In this document: positions 35,980 through 46,426 of the stretch, piece by piece
How the letters are laid out: every line of letters begins with the position of its first letter
How positions within the stretch are numbered: the first letter of the stretch is position 1
Source: an uncultured SAR86 cluster bacterium
GTDB taxonomy: Bacteria > Pseudomonadota > Gammaproteobacteria > Magnimaribacterales > D2472
Reading direction: 5' to 3'
Assembly (NCBI GenBank): GCA_902517505.1
Contig: CABYCL010000001.1
Span: forward strand, 93,006 to 157,005
Length of the DNA stretch: 64,000 nucleotides
The notes under the pieces: model-generated
What the model was told of the DNA's origin: nothing
Seen by the model: only the letters and a program-made list of their open reading frames with translations
The model's database searches: none
Translations under genes and position numbers: made by a program

Positions 35980-37488
35980 CTATAAGTTTAAATTGTAACT
36001 TTTGACATATTCATCCATTTCTTCATTAGAGTTTTTATGGATTTTGCTAAGTTCTTCTAATGATAACTCTGCTTCTTTTTTTATACCATCAATATTTTTT
36101 GAATCATCTGATCTTAAAATTTTAGTATTATTTTTTGCTTTTTCCAGACCTTCATCATGAAAAGCATTATCTGAAATGATTCCCTTTCTTGTTTTTAAAA
36201 CATGTTCTATTGAATCTTGAGCTTTATCGTTTTCTGTAAGATGTCCTGCAATAAGCATTAGGTCTTTTATAACTTTTTCTTTAGCACTTCCAATATCTGT
36301 TTTTATACCATTTATAGATATTTCAGTGCTTTTGTCTCTACCCTCATATATGGCTTTATAGTCATTTGAATCAATTTCATTCTTTTCATCATTTGATATT
36401 TCTGGACTTGGATTTATTAAACAATAAAGAAGAATTAAATCTAAAAAATGTATTTGATGAACTGACATACCTGTTAAATCATTGGGTGAAATGTCGATTC
36501 CTCGTATTTCCACATATTCGATGCCAAAATTCTTTAGAAGCTCATACGGCCTCATGTTATTAGACGATGATCTTTTTGGTCTTATGGAATCATAATATTC
36601 GTTTTCAATTTGAATTATTCCATTAGAAATTTGATGTAAATCCCCGTTAGAGTTTCTAAGCCCCCTTTTTTCAAACTCTGGGTAGGGCATAGTGATGGCA
36701 TCCTTAATTTTCTTAAGAAAACCAGGCAGAGAGTTATATTTAATACATAAATCTTTTTGTGCCTTGCTTTGATAGCCTATTTCACTCATTCTGAGAGATG
36801 TAGCATTCTTGAGATACATATCTTCATCATTTAACTTTTTAAGAATATGATCTCTGTTATTTACAAATGTTTTGTCAACAACATTTGTTTGCCCAAATTC
36901 TGATAAGACGAACCAAAACAGTCTTTTAAAGTTTCTTATTAGTCCAAGATATGCATTATCAATATCTTTTTGATCATTCGATTCAGTAAATATAGCCAAT
37001 GAGCTTGGCTTTATTGAAAAGTTATAATGCATGCCAGAAACACATTGCATTGTTGGACCATATCTTACTTTTAAACCCCTTCTATAAACATGTTTAAGTA
37101 ATCCAATGTTGCTTTGATGATAATAACCAAGATGTATATCAGACTCTTTTTTAATTTTTGGAGGCATTGAAAATGGCCACAACAATTCATTCTTATCTAT
37201 ATTTTGAGCAACAAATAAATGAAGAGAATAGAGAAAATCATAAAGATCATTTACATCTTCAAAGACTGGGGTAACAAGTTCTAGTTGAGCTTCAGCAAAG
37301 TCAGTCGTTATATACTTATTTGTTAAGGCAGAACCAAGAGATTCCGGATGAGGTTTTTTTGATACATATCCATTATTGCTAACTCTAAAGAATTCTTTTT
37401 CAATACCTCTTTTAATAACTAAATTATTAAAAAACCCATCGTCCTTTAATTTACTTAGTTTGCTTTTTAATGATTCATTAGTCATCAA
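35980..37488 (-). CDS. gshA: Glutamate--cysteine ligase
   Basis: 502 aa. [23 protein letters not shown] and SGMHYNFS blocks align with enterobacterial GshA. Confidence 0.88.
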   Translation of the reverse strand: MMTNESLKSKLSKLKDDGFFNNLVIKRGIEKEFFRVSNNGYVSKKPHPESLGSALTNKYITTDFAEAQLELVTPVFEDVNDLYDFLYSLHLFVAQNIDKNELLWPFSMPPKIKKESDIHLGYYHQSNIGLLKHVYRRGLKVRYGPTMQCVSGMHYNFSIKPSSLAIFTESNDQKDIDNAYLGLIRNFKRLFWFVLSEFGQTNVVDKTFVNNRDHILKKLNDEDMYLKNATSLRMSEIGYQSKAQKDLCIKYNSLPGFLKKIKDAITMPYPEFEKRGLRNSNGDLHQISNGIIQIENEYYDSIRPKRSSSNNMRPYELLKNFGIEYVEIRGIDISPNDLTGMSVHQIHFLDLILLYCLINPSPEISNDEKNEIDSNDYKAIYEGRDKSTEISINGIKTDIGSAKEKVIKDLMLIAGHLTENDKAQDSIEHVLKTRKGIISDNAFHDEGLEKAKNNTKILRSDDSKNIDGIKKEAELSLEELSKIHKNSNEEMDEYVKSYNLNL

Positions 37489-39022
37489 ATCCTGGACCGG
37501 CTGACACTATTTCTTGATTTACATCATATTTTTTAAAATTTTCTTGGAATTGTGAGACTAAGTCTTCTAACTGTTTTTGATATTTACTTTTATCATCCCA
37601 ATTTTTAATTGGATTTAATAATTTTGAGTTCACTCCATTTACAGACTTGGGTATGCTCAAGTTTAAACCAGGAATCTTCAATGTTTCTACGTTATTTAAC
37701 TCTCCATCCTGAATTGCATTTACTATTCTTCTAGTGATTGGAATATCAAACCTAGATCCGACTCCATAAGGACCCCCTGTCCAGCCAGTATTTACAAGAA
37801 ACACCTTGGAATCAAATTTCTCAACACGCTTCATTAAAAGATCTGCATACACGCTTGCTGGCCTTGGAAAAAAAGGAGCCCCAAAACATGTAGAAAACGT
37901 AGATTGAATAGGAGCCCCAGCTCCTCTTTCTGTCGAGCCAAGTTTTGCAGTATAACCACTTAAGAAATGATAGGCTGCACTTTCTCTGGATAATATTGAG
38001 ACTGGAGGCATTACACCAGTAAGATCACATGTTAAGAATATAATGATCTTTGGTTCTCCTGCTGCATTTTCTTTAACTGCATTCTCAATGTGTGATCTTG
38101 GATAACAACATCTTCCGTTCTCTGAAATCGAAATATTAGAATAATCAGGTTCATTATTATCATCTATGTAAACATTCTCAATTACACTACCGTGCTTTAT
38201 AGCGTTGTAAATTACTGGCTCGTTTTCTTTTGACAAATTAACAGTTTTTGCATAACAACCACCCTCAAAATTAAAAACAGCTCCTTCACTCCAACCATGT
38301 TCGTCATCGCCTATGAGTGAACATTTAAGATCTGCTGAAAGCGTTGTTTTACCTGTTCCTGAAAGTCCAAAGAATAGAGTAACGTTACTATTTTTATTTA
38401 TATTTGCTGAGCAGTGCATTGGCAATACATCTTCGTCAGTCAATAAGAAATTTTGAACAGAGAACATCGATTTTTTTAACTCGCCAGCATATTTCATGCC
38501 TGCGATTAAGACTTTTCTTTCCGAAAAGTTAATAACTATACAACCTTCTGAATTAGTCCCATCTTCTTCAGGAATACATTCATAATTTGCAGCGCTTAAA
38601 ATTTCCCACTTTATTTTATTTAGTGGATTAAAATTATCTGGACTTATAAAAATTAATCGAGCAAACAATGAATGCCAAGCCGTTTCAGTAGTAACCTGAA
38701 CGGGTAAATAATGTTCTGGATGCGCGCCTACGTGAACATCTGATATATAACTACTTCTTTTGGCCAAATAAGATTCAACTTTATCCCACAAACTATTGAA
38801 TTTTTCTCTTTCAAAAGGCCTATTTACCTCACCCCATTCAATTAGATCCTCTGTGTGTGCTTCCTTTACAATAAATCTATCTTCAGGGCTTCTTGAGCTC
38901 CTGTCGCCAGTAGTTGTAGAAAACGCACCATTACTTGCAATAATACCTTCTTTATTTGCAACAGCAGCATCAATTAGTTGATCAGTGCTAATTCGAATAG
39001 ATTCTTGTGATTGATTACTCAT
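37478..39022 (-). CDS. pckA: Phosphoenolpyruvate carboxykinase (ATP)
   Basis: Kinase-1a loop [11 protein letters not shown] and IGDDEHGW. The track ORF starts at TTG 39034. ATG 39022 (MSNQSQ...) is preferred. Confidence 0.92.
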   Translation of the reverse strand: MSNQSQESIRISTDQLIDAAVANKEGIIASNGAFSTTTGDRSSRSPEDRFIVKEAHTEDLIEWGEVNRPFEREKFNSLWDKVESYLAKRSSYISDVHVGAHPEHYLPVQVTTETAWHSLFARLIFISPDNFNPLNKIKWEILSAANYECIPEEDGTNSEGCIVINFSERKVLIAGMKYAGELKKSMFSVQNFLLTDEDVLPMHCSANINKNSNVTLFFGLSGTGKTTLSADLKCSLIGDDEHGWSEGAVFNFEGGCYAKTVNLSKENEPVIYNAIKHGSVIENVYIDDNNEPDYSNISISENGRCCYPRSHIENAVKENAAGEPKIIIFLTCDLTGVMPPVSILSRESAAYHFLSGYTAKLGSTERGAGAPIQSTFSTCFGAPFFPRPASVYADLLMKRVEKFDSKVFLVNTGWTGGPYGVGSRFDIPITRRIVNAIQDGELNNVETLKIPGLNLSIPKSVNGVNSKLLNPIKNWDDKSKYQKQLEDLVSQFQENFKKYDVNQEIVSAGPGFDD

Positions 39023-39026
39023 GATT

Positions 39027-39111
39027 AATAACAAATATTATAGGTACTTGGGGGGAATAATTATATATATAGAGGAAATAATTATGTACCTATAATATTT
39101 TCTTTGTTATT
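39027..39111. repeat. Long inverted repeat spanning the pckA translation start region
   Basis: Arms are 39027..39047 and 39086..39111. The arms pair over 15 bp plus 6 bp, with a 5-nt bulge. The spacer is 38 nt and carries a direct repeat of aataattat. Each arm contains TATAAT, one copy per strand. Confidence 0.7.
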
Positions 39112-39173
39112 AATAAAGTGAGTTATTATGTAGTGCATTAAAAAATATATGTACATGAAAGTCAATAAATTAT

Positions 39174-39199
39174 AAAAATACTATAGATATAGTATTTTT
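39174..39199 (-). terminator. AT-rich 12-bp-arm palindrome downstream of dsbB (possible weak intrinsic terminator)
   Basis: The sequence aaaaatactata-ga-tatagtattttt is perfect. On the minus strand it is followed by a T-rich tract. The stem is almost all A/T, so function is uncertain. Confidence 0.3.
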
Positions 39200-39238
39200 A
39201 AAGGATTTTATTTGTAGTTTTGCTACATATTTAATGAA

Positions 39239-39748
39239 TTAATCCCATTTTCTGTACTTATATATACTGCTAATTAGATATATAGCAAAAAATAAAAATC
39301 CCCATTCTGCAAAGTTGAATACAAATCTCCATCCATCCTCTGCACAACTAGGTCCGCCTGCAAGAGTCCTATTTATTGCTTCAATGAGACCAAAATATTC
39401 TACTTGAGTGTTAAAAGGCATGCTGCATCCTGAAAGTTGAGCAATTTCATCAATCGACATATTCTGAATATATATCTGCCTTGAGGTAACGAATAAACCA
39501 ATTACTGATGACAGTATAATAAAAATTCCGCCAACAAGTTTTTTCTTAACCAAAATGCCAATTATTGCTGAGATACCAATTAGCCCAAAAACGTATCTTG
39601 TTAGTATGCATAACGGACAAGCCTGTAAATATAAAAACTTATCCATTACAACAGCTATCAAGATTATTAAAATAGCTGAAATTGCTATAGCCCATTCAAA
39701 ATAATCTTGGAAAATCTTTTTTATTAAGCCTGAAATTGTTTTATACAT
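39239..39748 (-). CDS. dsbB: Disulfide bond formation protein DsbB
   Basis: 169 aa four-TM protein with a CPLC pair in loop 1 and a second Cys pair (GCSMPF...GPSCAEDGW). Confidence 0.85.
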   Translation of the reverse strand: MYKTISGLIKKIFQDYFEWAIAISAILIILIAVVMDKFLYLQACPLCILTRYVFGLIGISAIIGILVKKKLVGGIFIILSSVIGLFVTSRQIYIQNMSIDEIAQLSGCSMPFNTQVEYFGLIEAINRTLAGGPSCAEDGWRFVFNFAEWGFLFFAIYLISSIYKYRKWD

Positions 39749-39811
39749 TTTTATTTAATTTTTTCCATTATAGAAAAACAGGAGTCATAATACATTAAAT
39801 AAAAGACAAAC

Positions 39812-42484
39812 ATGAAAGATAGAATTTTTGTAATAGACGGATCCTCATATTTATATAGGGCATTCCATGCAATGCCACCCCTGACCACTTCCTCTGGCAA
39901 GCCTACAGGAGCAGTAAAGGGAGTAACAAATATGCTAATGAACCTTAAAAAGGATAGCGAGGGCTCTCCAATAATTGTTGTGTTTGATGCGAAAGGCAAA
40001 ACTTTTAGAAACAATATTTATTCAGAATATAAAGCCAACAGACCGCCTATGCCAGATGAATTAAGGGATCAACTTATTCCTGTTAAATCAATATGCCGTG
40101 CAATCGGATTTCCTTTAATTGAAGTTGAAGGAGTTGAAGCTGACGATGTCATAGCAACAATTTCACAGATGGCAAAAGATGCAAAATATAAATGTGTTAT
40201 TTCTTCATTGGACAAGGATTTGATGCAACTTGTTGAAGATCCACATACGACAATTATGGATACCATGAAGCATAAAATATTTAATGAAGAGAGCGTATTT
40301 GAAAAGTTTGGCGTAAAGCCTAACCAAATAAGAGATATGCTCGCTCTAGTAGGTGATTCCTCAGACAATATTCCTGGAGTTCCAAAAGTTGGACAAAAAA
40401 CTGCAGCTAAATGGTTAAACGAATATGGTGATATTCAAAGCATTAAAGATAATGCGGATTCAATAACAGGTGTTGTTGGAGAAAACCTAAGAAATGCACT
40501 TGATGATATCGATAGGAATATTGAACTGGTTTCATTAAAAACCGATGTTGATTTGAATCAAAAATTTGAAGATCTTTTGGTCTTTAATCCTAATGATGAA
40601 GAACTAGATAAAATTTTTTCAGACTTAGAGTTTAAGTCAGTTGATAAAAGCAAACAAAAAGAAGATTTAAAGAAGGATTCAAATTATGAAACAGTTCTAA
40701 ATGAAAAAAGCCTTAAAAACTGGATTACAAAAATTGATAAATCCAAAGCTTTTGCAATTGATACAGAGACAGATTCTGTAGATACAGTGTCAGCCAACTT
40801 AATAGGAATATCTCTTTCTGTTGCTGAGAGCGAAGCATGCTATATCCCGATAGCTCACTCTTATGAAGATTGCCCAAAACAATTGAGTATGGAGTATGTA
40901 GTAGAGAAGCTAGGACCAATAATAGAAAAAAATCAGGATAAGGCCATAGGACAAAATCTAAAATTTGACATACCTATCTTAGCTAGACATGGAATTAGAA
41001 TCACAAGATTTCTTGCTGACACCATGCTCATGTCATATGTATTAAATAGCACAGCAACTCGCCATGGAATGGATAAGCTTGCAGACTATTATTTAAACTA
41101 TACAACTACTAAATATACTGATGTAACCGGAACAGCATCAAAACAAATAAGCTTTTCAGAAGTTAAACTGGATGTTGCATCTGATTATGCTGCTGAAGAT
41201 GCTGATATAACTTTTAGACTTTACAAAGTTTTAGCACCATTGCTCAAACAAAAACCAAATCAAGAAAAATTATTATGTGACATTGAATACCCACTTGTTC
41301 ATGTTCTATCTAGAGTAGAACAAAATGGAGCAAAGATAGATAAGAAAAAATTAGCCAAACATTCTAAAGAACTTGGTTTAAAAATAGATGACCTTTCATC
41401 TCAAGCTTATAAGATTGCTGGTGAGAATTTTAATCTAGATTCTCCAAAGCAATTACTAGAAATCTTATATGAGAAACAAAAACTTCCTGTTCTAAAAAAG
41501 ACTCCAAAAGGACAACCCTCAACAAATGAAGATACTCTTAAAAGGCTTTCAGAAGAATATGAGCTTCCAAAGATTATTTTGCAATATAGAACTTTAGCAA
41601 AATTAAAATCTACTTATACCGATAGCCTAATAAATATAGAGAATCCAAAAACAGAAAGAATTCATACTTCTTACCAGCAGGCTGTAACTTCAACTGGAAG
41701 GCTCTCATCCACCGAACCCAATCTTCAAAATATTCCAATTAAGACTGCGGAAGGCAGAAGAATTAGAGAGGCTTTTGTTCCAGAGAAAGGCAACACCCTT
41801 ATATCAGCAGATTATTCTCAAATTGAATTAAGAATTATGGCGCATTTATCTAACGATAAAAATCTGACTCATGCATTCAACAACAATACTGATGTTCACT
41901 CATCAACTGCCGCAGAAGTTTTTGGTGTTTCAATAGATGATGTAAGTCAAGATCAAAGAAGAAGCGCAAAAGCAATTAACTTTGGTTTAATGTATGGGAT
42001 GTCAGCTTTTGGTTTAACAAGACAGCTTGGTATCTCTAGAGCAGAAGCACAAGAATATCTCGACACTTATTTTGCTAGATACACTGGTGTTAAAAATTAT
42101 ATGGACAATATAAAAGCTAAGGCAAAAGAAGATAAGTTTGTTGAAACGATTATGGGTAGACGACTTTATCTAAATGAAATTAACGCAGCTAATGGTTTAA
42201 GAAGACAAGCAGCGGAAAGAGCTGCCATTAATGCTCCACTTCAGGGTTCAGCAGCAGATATTATCAAAAAGGCTATGCTCGACATTGATCAACTTTTATT
42301 AAAGGAAATGCATGAAGTAAAAATGATTATGCAGGTTCACGACGAATTAGTTTTTGAGTGTCCAGAAGGCAATGCTGAAGATGTTATGAATAAAATGAAA
42401 AGCACAATGGAACAAACTGTAGAGCTTAATATTCCATTAATTGTTGAAGCTGCGATTGGTAAAAATTGGAACGAGGCCCATTAA
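39812..42484 (+). CDS. polA: DNA polymerase I
   Basis: 890 aa with 5-prime nuclease, 3-5 exonuclease (DTETDS) and Pol A motifs (DYSQIELR, QVHDELVFE). Confidence 0.97.
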   Translation: MKDRIFVIDGSSYLYRAFHAMPPLTTSSGKPTGAVKGVTNMLMNLKKDSEGSPIIVVFDAKGKTFRNNIYSEYKANRPPMPDELRDQLIPVKSICRAIGFPLIEVEGVEADDVIATISQMAKDAKYKCVISSLDKDLMQLVEDPHTTIMDTMKHKIFNEESVFEKFGVKPNQIRDMLALVGDSSDNIPGVPKVGQKTAAKWLNEYGDIQSIKDNADSITGVVGENLRNALDDIDRNIELVSLKTDVDLNQKFEDLLVFNPNDEELDKIFSDLEFKSVDKSKQKEDLKKDSNYETVLNEKSLKNWITKIDKSKAFAIDTETDSVDTVSANLIGISLSVAESEACYIPIAHSYEDCPKQLSMEYVVEKLGPIIEKNQDKAIGQNLKFDIPILARHGIRITRFLADTMLMSYVLNSTATRHGMDKLADYYLNYTTTKYTDVTGTASKQISFSEVKLDVASDYAAEDADITFRLYKVLAPLLKQKPNQEKLLCDIEYPLVHVLSRVEQNGAKIDKKKLAKHSKELGLKIDDLSSQAYKIAGENFNLDSPKQLLEILYEKQKLPVLKKTPKGQPSTNEDTLKRLSEEYELPKIILQYRTLAKLKSTYTDSLINIENPKTERIHTSYQQAVTSTGRLSSTEPNLQNIPIKTAEGRRIREAFVPEKGNTLISADYSQIELRIMAHLSNDKNLTHAFNNNTDVHSSTAAEVFGVSIDDVSQDQRRSAKAINFGLMYGMSAFGLTRQLGISRAEAQEYLDTYFARYTGVKNYMDNIKAKAKEDKFVETIMGRRLYLNEINAANGLRRQAAERAAINAPLQGSAADIIKKAMLDIDQLLLKEMHEVKMIMQVHDELVFECPEGNAEDVMNKMKSTMEQTVELNIPLIVEAAIGKNWNEAH

Positions 42485-42490
42485 CACATA

Positions 42491-43396
42491 TTATTTGATA
42501 CTATCAATGAATTCTTGAGCTACTTCTCTTTCTATACCAGTGGAAAAAAAATGACCGCCAGAATATTTTTTAACTGTTGGGTTGTGATATTTTTTAATTG
42601 CTTCTTCAACTAGCTGTGAATCTATTTCTGTATCATCTTCTGCATAGGCAAAATAGCTTGGTATAGATTTATTTCCGATAATACTATGGTCTTCAAGCCT
42701 ATTTCCCATAGCATTTCCCAAAAAGAATTTTTTATAGAAATTTTCAGTTCCTTTGACCTCAAATTGTCTAATGTAATGATCTAATAGCTTTTTACTCATT
42801 AAATCCTCATATTCTTCTATTCTTTTTAAAACACCAGGAACTAAAAGACCTCTAGATAATAAGTCACCGTATAAAGGAATTTTTACTATTGATAATAAAG
42901 GAACATTTGCAGAATTAATAACTGGAACTTGGTAGCCCATAAAACTAATTTTTTCTGGATTATTTGAGGCATATTTAGCTACAACTGCAGCACCAAAAGA
43001 TACACCATATAATATTACATCTTCAACTTCACAATGCTCAATCAGTTCTTTTAGTTGTTTTTCCATAAGTTCAATACTTACGTCACTGTGTATTCTATCT
43101 GAATAACCTCTGCCATATTGGTCATAGGTTATTACTCTATAGTTATTTTCAATAAAGACATTTACATATTCTTCATATGCAAGTGATCCAAAAGTGGCGC
43201 CATGAACTAAAACAATAACTTTGTTATTTTTATCTCCAATATCTTTGTAAGAAGTTATACCATCACTTAACTTAACTTCTTCATATCCAGAATTTAACCT
43301 AAACTCATTTATATCAATATTTTCTCTGTTCAGAGCGAGATATAAGCAACCTGGAATAACAATTAATATTGAGATAAGGAAGAGAACCCTTTTCAA
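42491..43396 (-). CDS. Alpha/beta hydrolase with N-terminal membrane anchor/signal
   Basis: 301 aa with HGATFGS oxyanion region and nucleophile elbow GVSFGA. Substrate unknown. Confidence 0.65.
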   Translation of the reverse strand: MKRVLFLISILIVIPGCLYLALNRENIDINEFRLNSGYEEVKLSDGITSYKDIGDKNNKVIVLVHGATFGSLAYEEYVNVFIENNYRVITYDQYGRGYSDRIHSDVSIELMEKQLKELIEHCEVEDVILYGVSFGAAVVAKYASNNPEKISFMGYQVPVINSANVPLLSIVKIPLYGDLLSRGLLVPGVLKRIEEYEDLMSKKLLDHYIRQFEVKGTENFYKKFFLGNAMGNRLEDHSIIGNKSIPSYFAYAEDDTEIDSQLVEEAIKKYHNPTVKKYSGGHFFSTGIEREVAQEFIDSIK

Positions 43397-43900
43397 TTAA
43401 TGAACTCTCTCTAATGGAATGTACATCATTTCCTCAGGAAGAAGAACTTTAATACCATGCATTTCTCTTAGAACCGAAATTTTCATTGAGAGATACTCTT
43501 CAGGCATTTTAAATGGCCATTTTTTCTTCATCTTAAAGGTTCTAAATATGACCTTTCTTTTAATACCACTAAGCTTCCATAGAATTTTAATGAATCCAAA
43601 ATATCCTATTTCATTTACTAAGTCTTTATAAAGTTTTTTTATCTGGGGAAGTTTTTGATAACCTAATAAATATTTTAATTCCCATTTGCTTCCCCATAAT
43701 ACCCAACTATCAAGAATAGACTCTTGCTCAATAGAAATATCTAGCCCAAAAATTACATGTGTACAGTCATGGTCTCTAAGAAGGGTTCCAGACTCATTAT
43801 TATCTCCAAATATTTCTGTGGTTTCAGGAAAAGATTTGTAGTAACACTCTAATCCTTCTTGTAAGCTAAGATCACAGTTTTGTTTTTGATATTCAAGCAT
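43397..43900 (-). CDS. Small protein with COQ4-type HDxxH-x11-E metal-binding motif
   Basis: 167 aa. Residues 44-60, HDCTHVIFGLDISIEQE, fit HDxxH(x)11E exactly. Otherwise uncharacterised, and shorter than typical Coq4 proteins. Confidence 0.45.
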   Translation of the reverse strand: MLEYQKQNCDLSLQEGLECYYKSFPETTEIFGDNNESGTLLRDHDCTHVIFGLDISIEQESILDSWVLWGSKWELKYLLGYQKLPQIKKLYKDLVNEIGYFGFIKILWKLSGIKRKVIFRTFKMKKKWPFKMPEEYLSMKISVLREMHGIKVLLPEEMMYIPLERVH

Positions 43901-44481
43901 TATTTTACAAAGTTTATTATTTCTTTGGAAAGCTTGTCAAAACCATTTTTATCTTTAGTAGATATAGCAATGGGATTTGATTCAGGAATCTTATCTTTAA
44001 TAAAGGTAATTGCCTTGTTTATATTATTATTTGATAGTTTGTCGCTTTTTGTAAGAGCCGGTATAAAAGGAACATTAAAATTCCTACAAAGGTGAATCAT
44101 CTCCCAATCACTTTCTTTAAGCGGGTGACGAATATCCATAAATATTACCACAGCAGTTAAAGCTCTTCTTTTTTGAAAATATTCTCCTAATAATGGCCCC
44201 CAATCTTTCTTTTTTGCTTTACTAGATTTTGCAAAGCCATATCCAGGAAGATCTAACAGCATAAGCTCTTCATTTACTTTAAAGAAATTAATTTCTGTTG
44301 TTCTACCTGGAGTTTTACTGATTCTTGCTAGCTTTGGATTATCAGTCAGTATATTAAGTGCACTAGATTTACCAGCATTAGATCTACCAGCAAGCAAAAC
44401 CTCGCTTCCAATATCTTCTGGAAGATTTCTATAGCTTGTAACGCCAAAAACAAACTCTGTATTTTTAAAAAGGTTTTTCAT
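43900..44481 (-). CDS. engB: Ribosome biogenesis GTP-binding protein EngB/YihA
   Basis: 193 aa with GRSNAGKSS (G1) and DLPGYGFA (G3). Divergent from cytochrome c4, as in pseudomonads. Confidence 0.9.
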   Translation of the reverse strand: MKNLFKNTEFVFGVTSYRNLPEDIGSEVLLAGRSNAGKSSALNILTDNPKLARISKTPGRTTEINFFKVNEELMLLDLPGYGFAKSSKAKKKDWGPLLGEYFQKRRALTAVVIFMDIRHPLKESDWEMIHLCRNFNVPFIPALTKSDKLSNNNINKAITFIKDKIPESNPIAISTKDKNGFDKLSKEIINFVK

Positions 44482-44548
44482 TTAACCGTTTATATCATAT
44501 CAACCTATGTTTATAATACACACCAACAAGACACACAATTTATATTCA

Positions 44549-45214
44549 ATGAAGCATTTTCTAATATTCTATATTTTCTTTAGCTTTGCTGGCGCATTAA
44601 GTGCTGCTGATGATAAAACTAAAGAAATAGAAATGCCAGAGTCTTTTATTTCAGGTAATGCAAATAAAGGATCTTTGTTGGTTGAAACATGCGCAGCATG
44701 TCATGGAGTAGATGGAAATAGTATTAGTACTGATTGGCCAAAACTTTCAGGTCAGAATCAAAGATATCTTTATGAGCAACTAAAATATTTTAGAGATGGA
44801 GATAGGATGAACGTTCTTATGATGTCAGTTACTCCTTACCTTCAGACATTAAGTGATGATGATTTAAAAGATATCGCTGCTTTTTATTCTCAATATAATT
44901 CAACCGTAGGCCAGGCAAAAAATGATGAGGAGCTATTATCACTAGGTACACAGCTATATAGATTTGGAAATATAAAAAAACAAATACCTGCTTGTACATC
45001 CTGCCATTCTGTCTACGGAGAAGGAAATAGTTTAGCTGGCTATCCTTCTATAGCAGGACAACAAGTTGGGTATTTAACATCAACGCTGAAAGCTTATAGA
45101 TCTAAAGAAAGAAATGCTGGAGAATCTTCAGAGATTATGCAGTCAATTGCTGAAAACCTTTCTGATTATGAAATAGATGCTTTGGCCAATTATATACATG
45201 GGTTATATCAATGA
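44549..45214 (+). CDS. Dihaem cytochrome c4
   Basis: Two CxxCH motifs (CAACHG, CTSCHS). Start re-called at the ATG that gives signal peptide MKHFLIFYIFFSFAGALSA. The track ORF begins at 44507. Confidence 0.85.
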   Translation: MKHFLIFYIFFSFAGALSAADDKTKEIEMPESFISGNANKGSLLVETCAACHGVDGNSISTDWPKLSGQNQRYLYEQLKYFRDGDRMNVLMMSVTPYLQTLSDDDLKDIAAFYSQYNSTVGQAKNDEELLSLGTQLYRFGNIKKQIPACTSCHSVYGEGNSLAGYPSIAGQQVGYLTSTLKAYRSKERNAGESSEIMQSIAENLSDYEIDALANYIHGLYQ

Positions 45215-45834
45215 AAAAATACATAAAGAATAGTTTAATTTTCATATTTGTCATATCTTTTACAGCATTTACTAATGCTGAATTCAGGCTTGGCGTAGAT
45301 TATCGGATTGTAGACAATCCTTTACCTGTTAAAAGAGATGGCGTTGTTGAGGTTTCTGAAACGTTTTGGTATGGATGCAATGCTTGCTATCAATTTGATC
45401 CTGTAATTAACGCATGGGAATCAAGACAAACAGATGATGTAAAGCTATCCAAAATACCTGTTACGTGGGGAGGCATTCATCAACTCCATGCTTCTTTGTA
45501 TTTTACCATTGAGGCATTAAAACTAGACCCATCTACACATAATGCTGTTTTTGTAACCATTCATAAAGAAGGTAATTTTTTACAAAATCCAAATACTATT
45601 CAAGATTTTTTAGAAAAATTTGGAGTAGCTCCAGAGGTTTCATCGCAATATCTAAATTCCTTTACTGTTAAACAGCAAGTTAATAGGGCAATCAAGCATG
45701 CAAGGCAGCTTAAAGTTTCATCAGTACCAATGATAATTGTTGACGGTAAATATATAATTGAACCAAAAGGTTCTTATGAAAAGTTATTAAAAGTTATAGA
45801 TCACGTCGTAGAGCTGCAAAGACCTAATTCTTAA
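45211..45834 (+). CDS. dsbA: Thiol:disulfide interchange protein DsbA
   Basis: 207 aa with a signal peptide and active site WYGCNACYQF. Confidence 0.88.
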   Translation: MKKYIKNSLIFIFVISFTAFTNAEFRLGVDYRIVDNPLPVKRDGVVEVSETFWYGCNACYQFDPVINAWESRQTDDVKLSKIPVTWGGIHQLHASLYFTIEALKLDPSTHNAVFVTIHKEGNFLQNPNTIQDFLEKFGVAPEVSSQYLNSFTVKQQVNRAIKHARQLKVSSVPMIIVDGKYIIEPKGSYEKLLKVIDHVVELQRPNS

Positions 45835-45838
45835 AAAT

Positions 45839-46426
45839 ATGATTAATAGAAAATTTTTACTAATACTTCCCTTATTTTTCTTAGTTCTTTTTAATGGAAA
45901 GAAGTATGAAGAAGCAGTTATAGATAGATTATCTGTACCTGTAAAACTATGTTTGGAAGGACAAGATTGTGGAAGTGCTGCTCAAGCGTCTCAAGTTATG
46001 GCCTCAGCTCCAATTGAGGTTAAAAAAGTAGAGTTATCTCAAGGTTCTGAACATACTATAAAAATGTTGAATTCAGGTGAAGGCGGACAAATGATATTTG
46101 AACCAGCTGTAATAAAAGTTTCTGTAGGAGATACAATTAATTTTAAAGCTGTAGATATGTCTCATAATTCTGCCTCCATTGATGGAATGGTTCCAGAAGG
46201 AGCTGAAGATTGGGCTGGTCAAATGAATATGGATATTAGCGTCACCCTTGATACAGAAGGCGTATATGTTTATCAATGTGATCCTCACGTAATGATGGCA
46301 ATGATTGGGGTTATTCAGGTCGGCGAAGCTTTAAACCTGGATGAAATTAAAGAAGCATCAACTAAGCTTAAACCAAGTTTTGTAATGAATCCTGAAAGAA
46401 TCGATACTTACTTAAGCCAACTTTAG
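45839..46426 (+). CDS. Pseudoazurin-type blue copper protein with extended N-terminal linker
   Basis: 195 aa. Copper ligands in SHN ... YQCDPHVMMAM (C, H at +3, M at +8) and a C-terminal MIGVIQVG, as in pseudoazurins. Confidence 0.75.
   Translation: MINRKFLLILPLFFLVLFNGKKYEEAVIDRLSVPVKLCLEGQDCGSAAQASQVMASAPIEVKKVELSQGSEHTIKMLNSGEGGQMIFEPAVIKVSVGDTINFKAVDMSHNSASIDGMVPEGAEDWAGQMNMDISVTLDTEGVYVYQCDPHVMMAMIGVIQVGEALNLDEIKEASTKLKPSFVMNPERIDTYLSQL

Noticed and set aside
39751-40014. 87-aa minus-strand ORF upstream of dsbB
   Set aside because: It overlaps the strongly supported polA N-terminus (5-prime nuclease domain) on the opposite strand and has no motif of its own.
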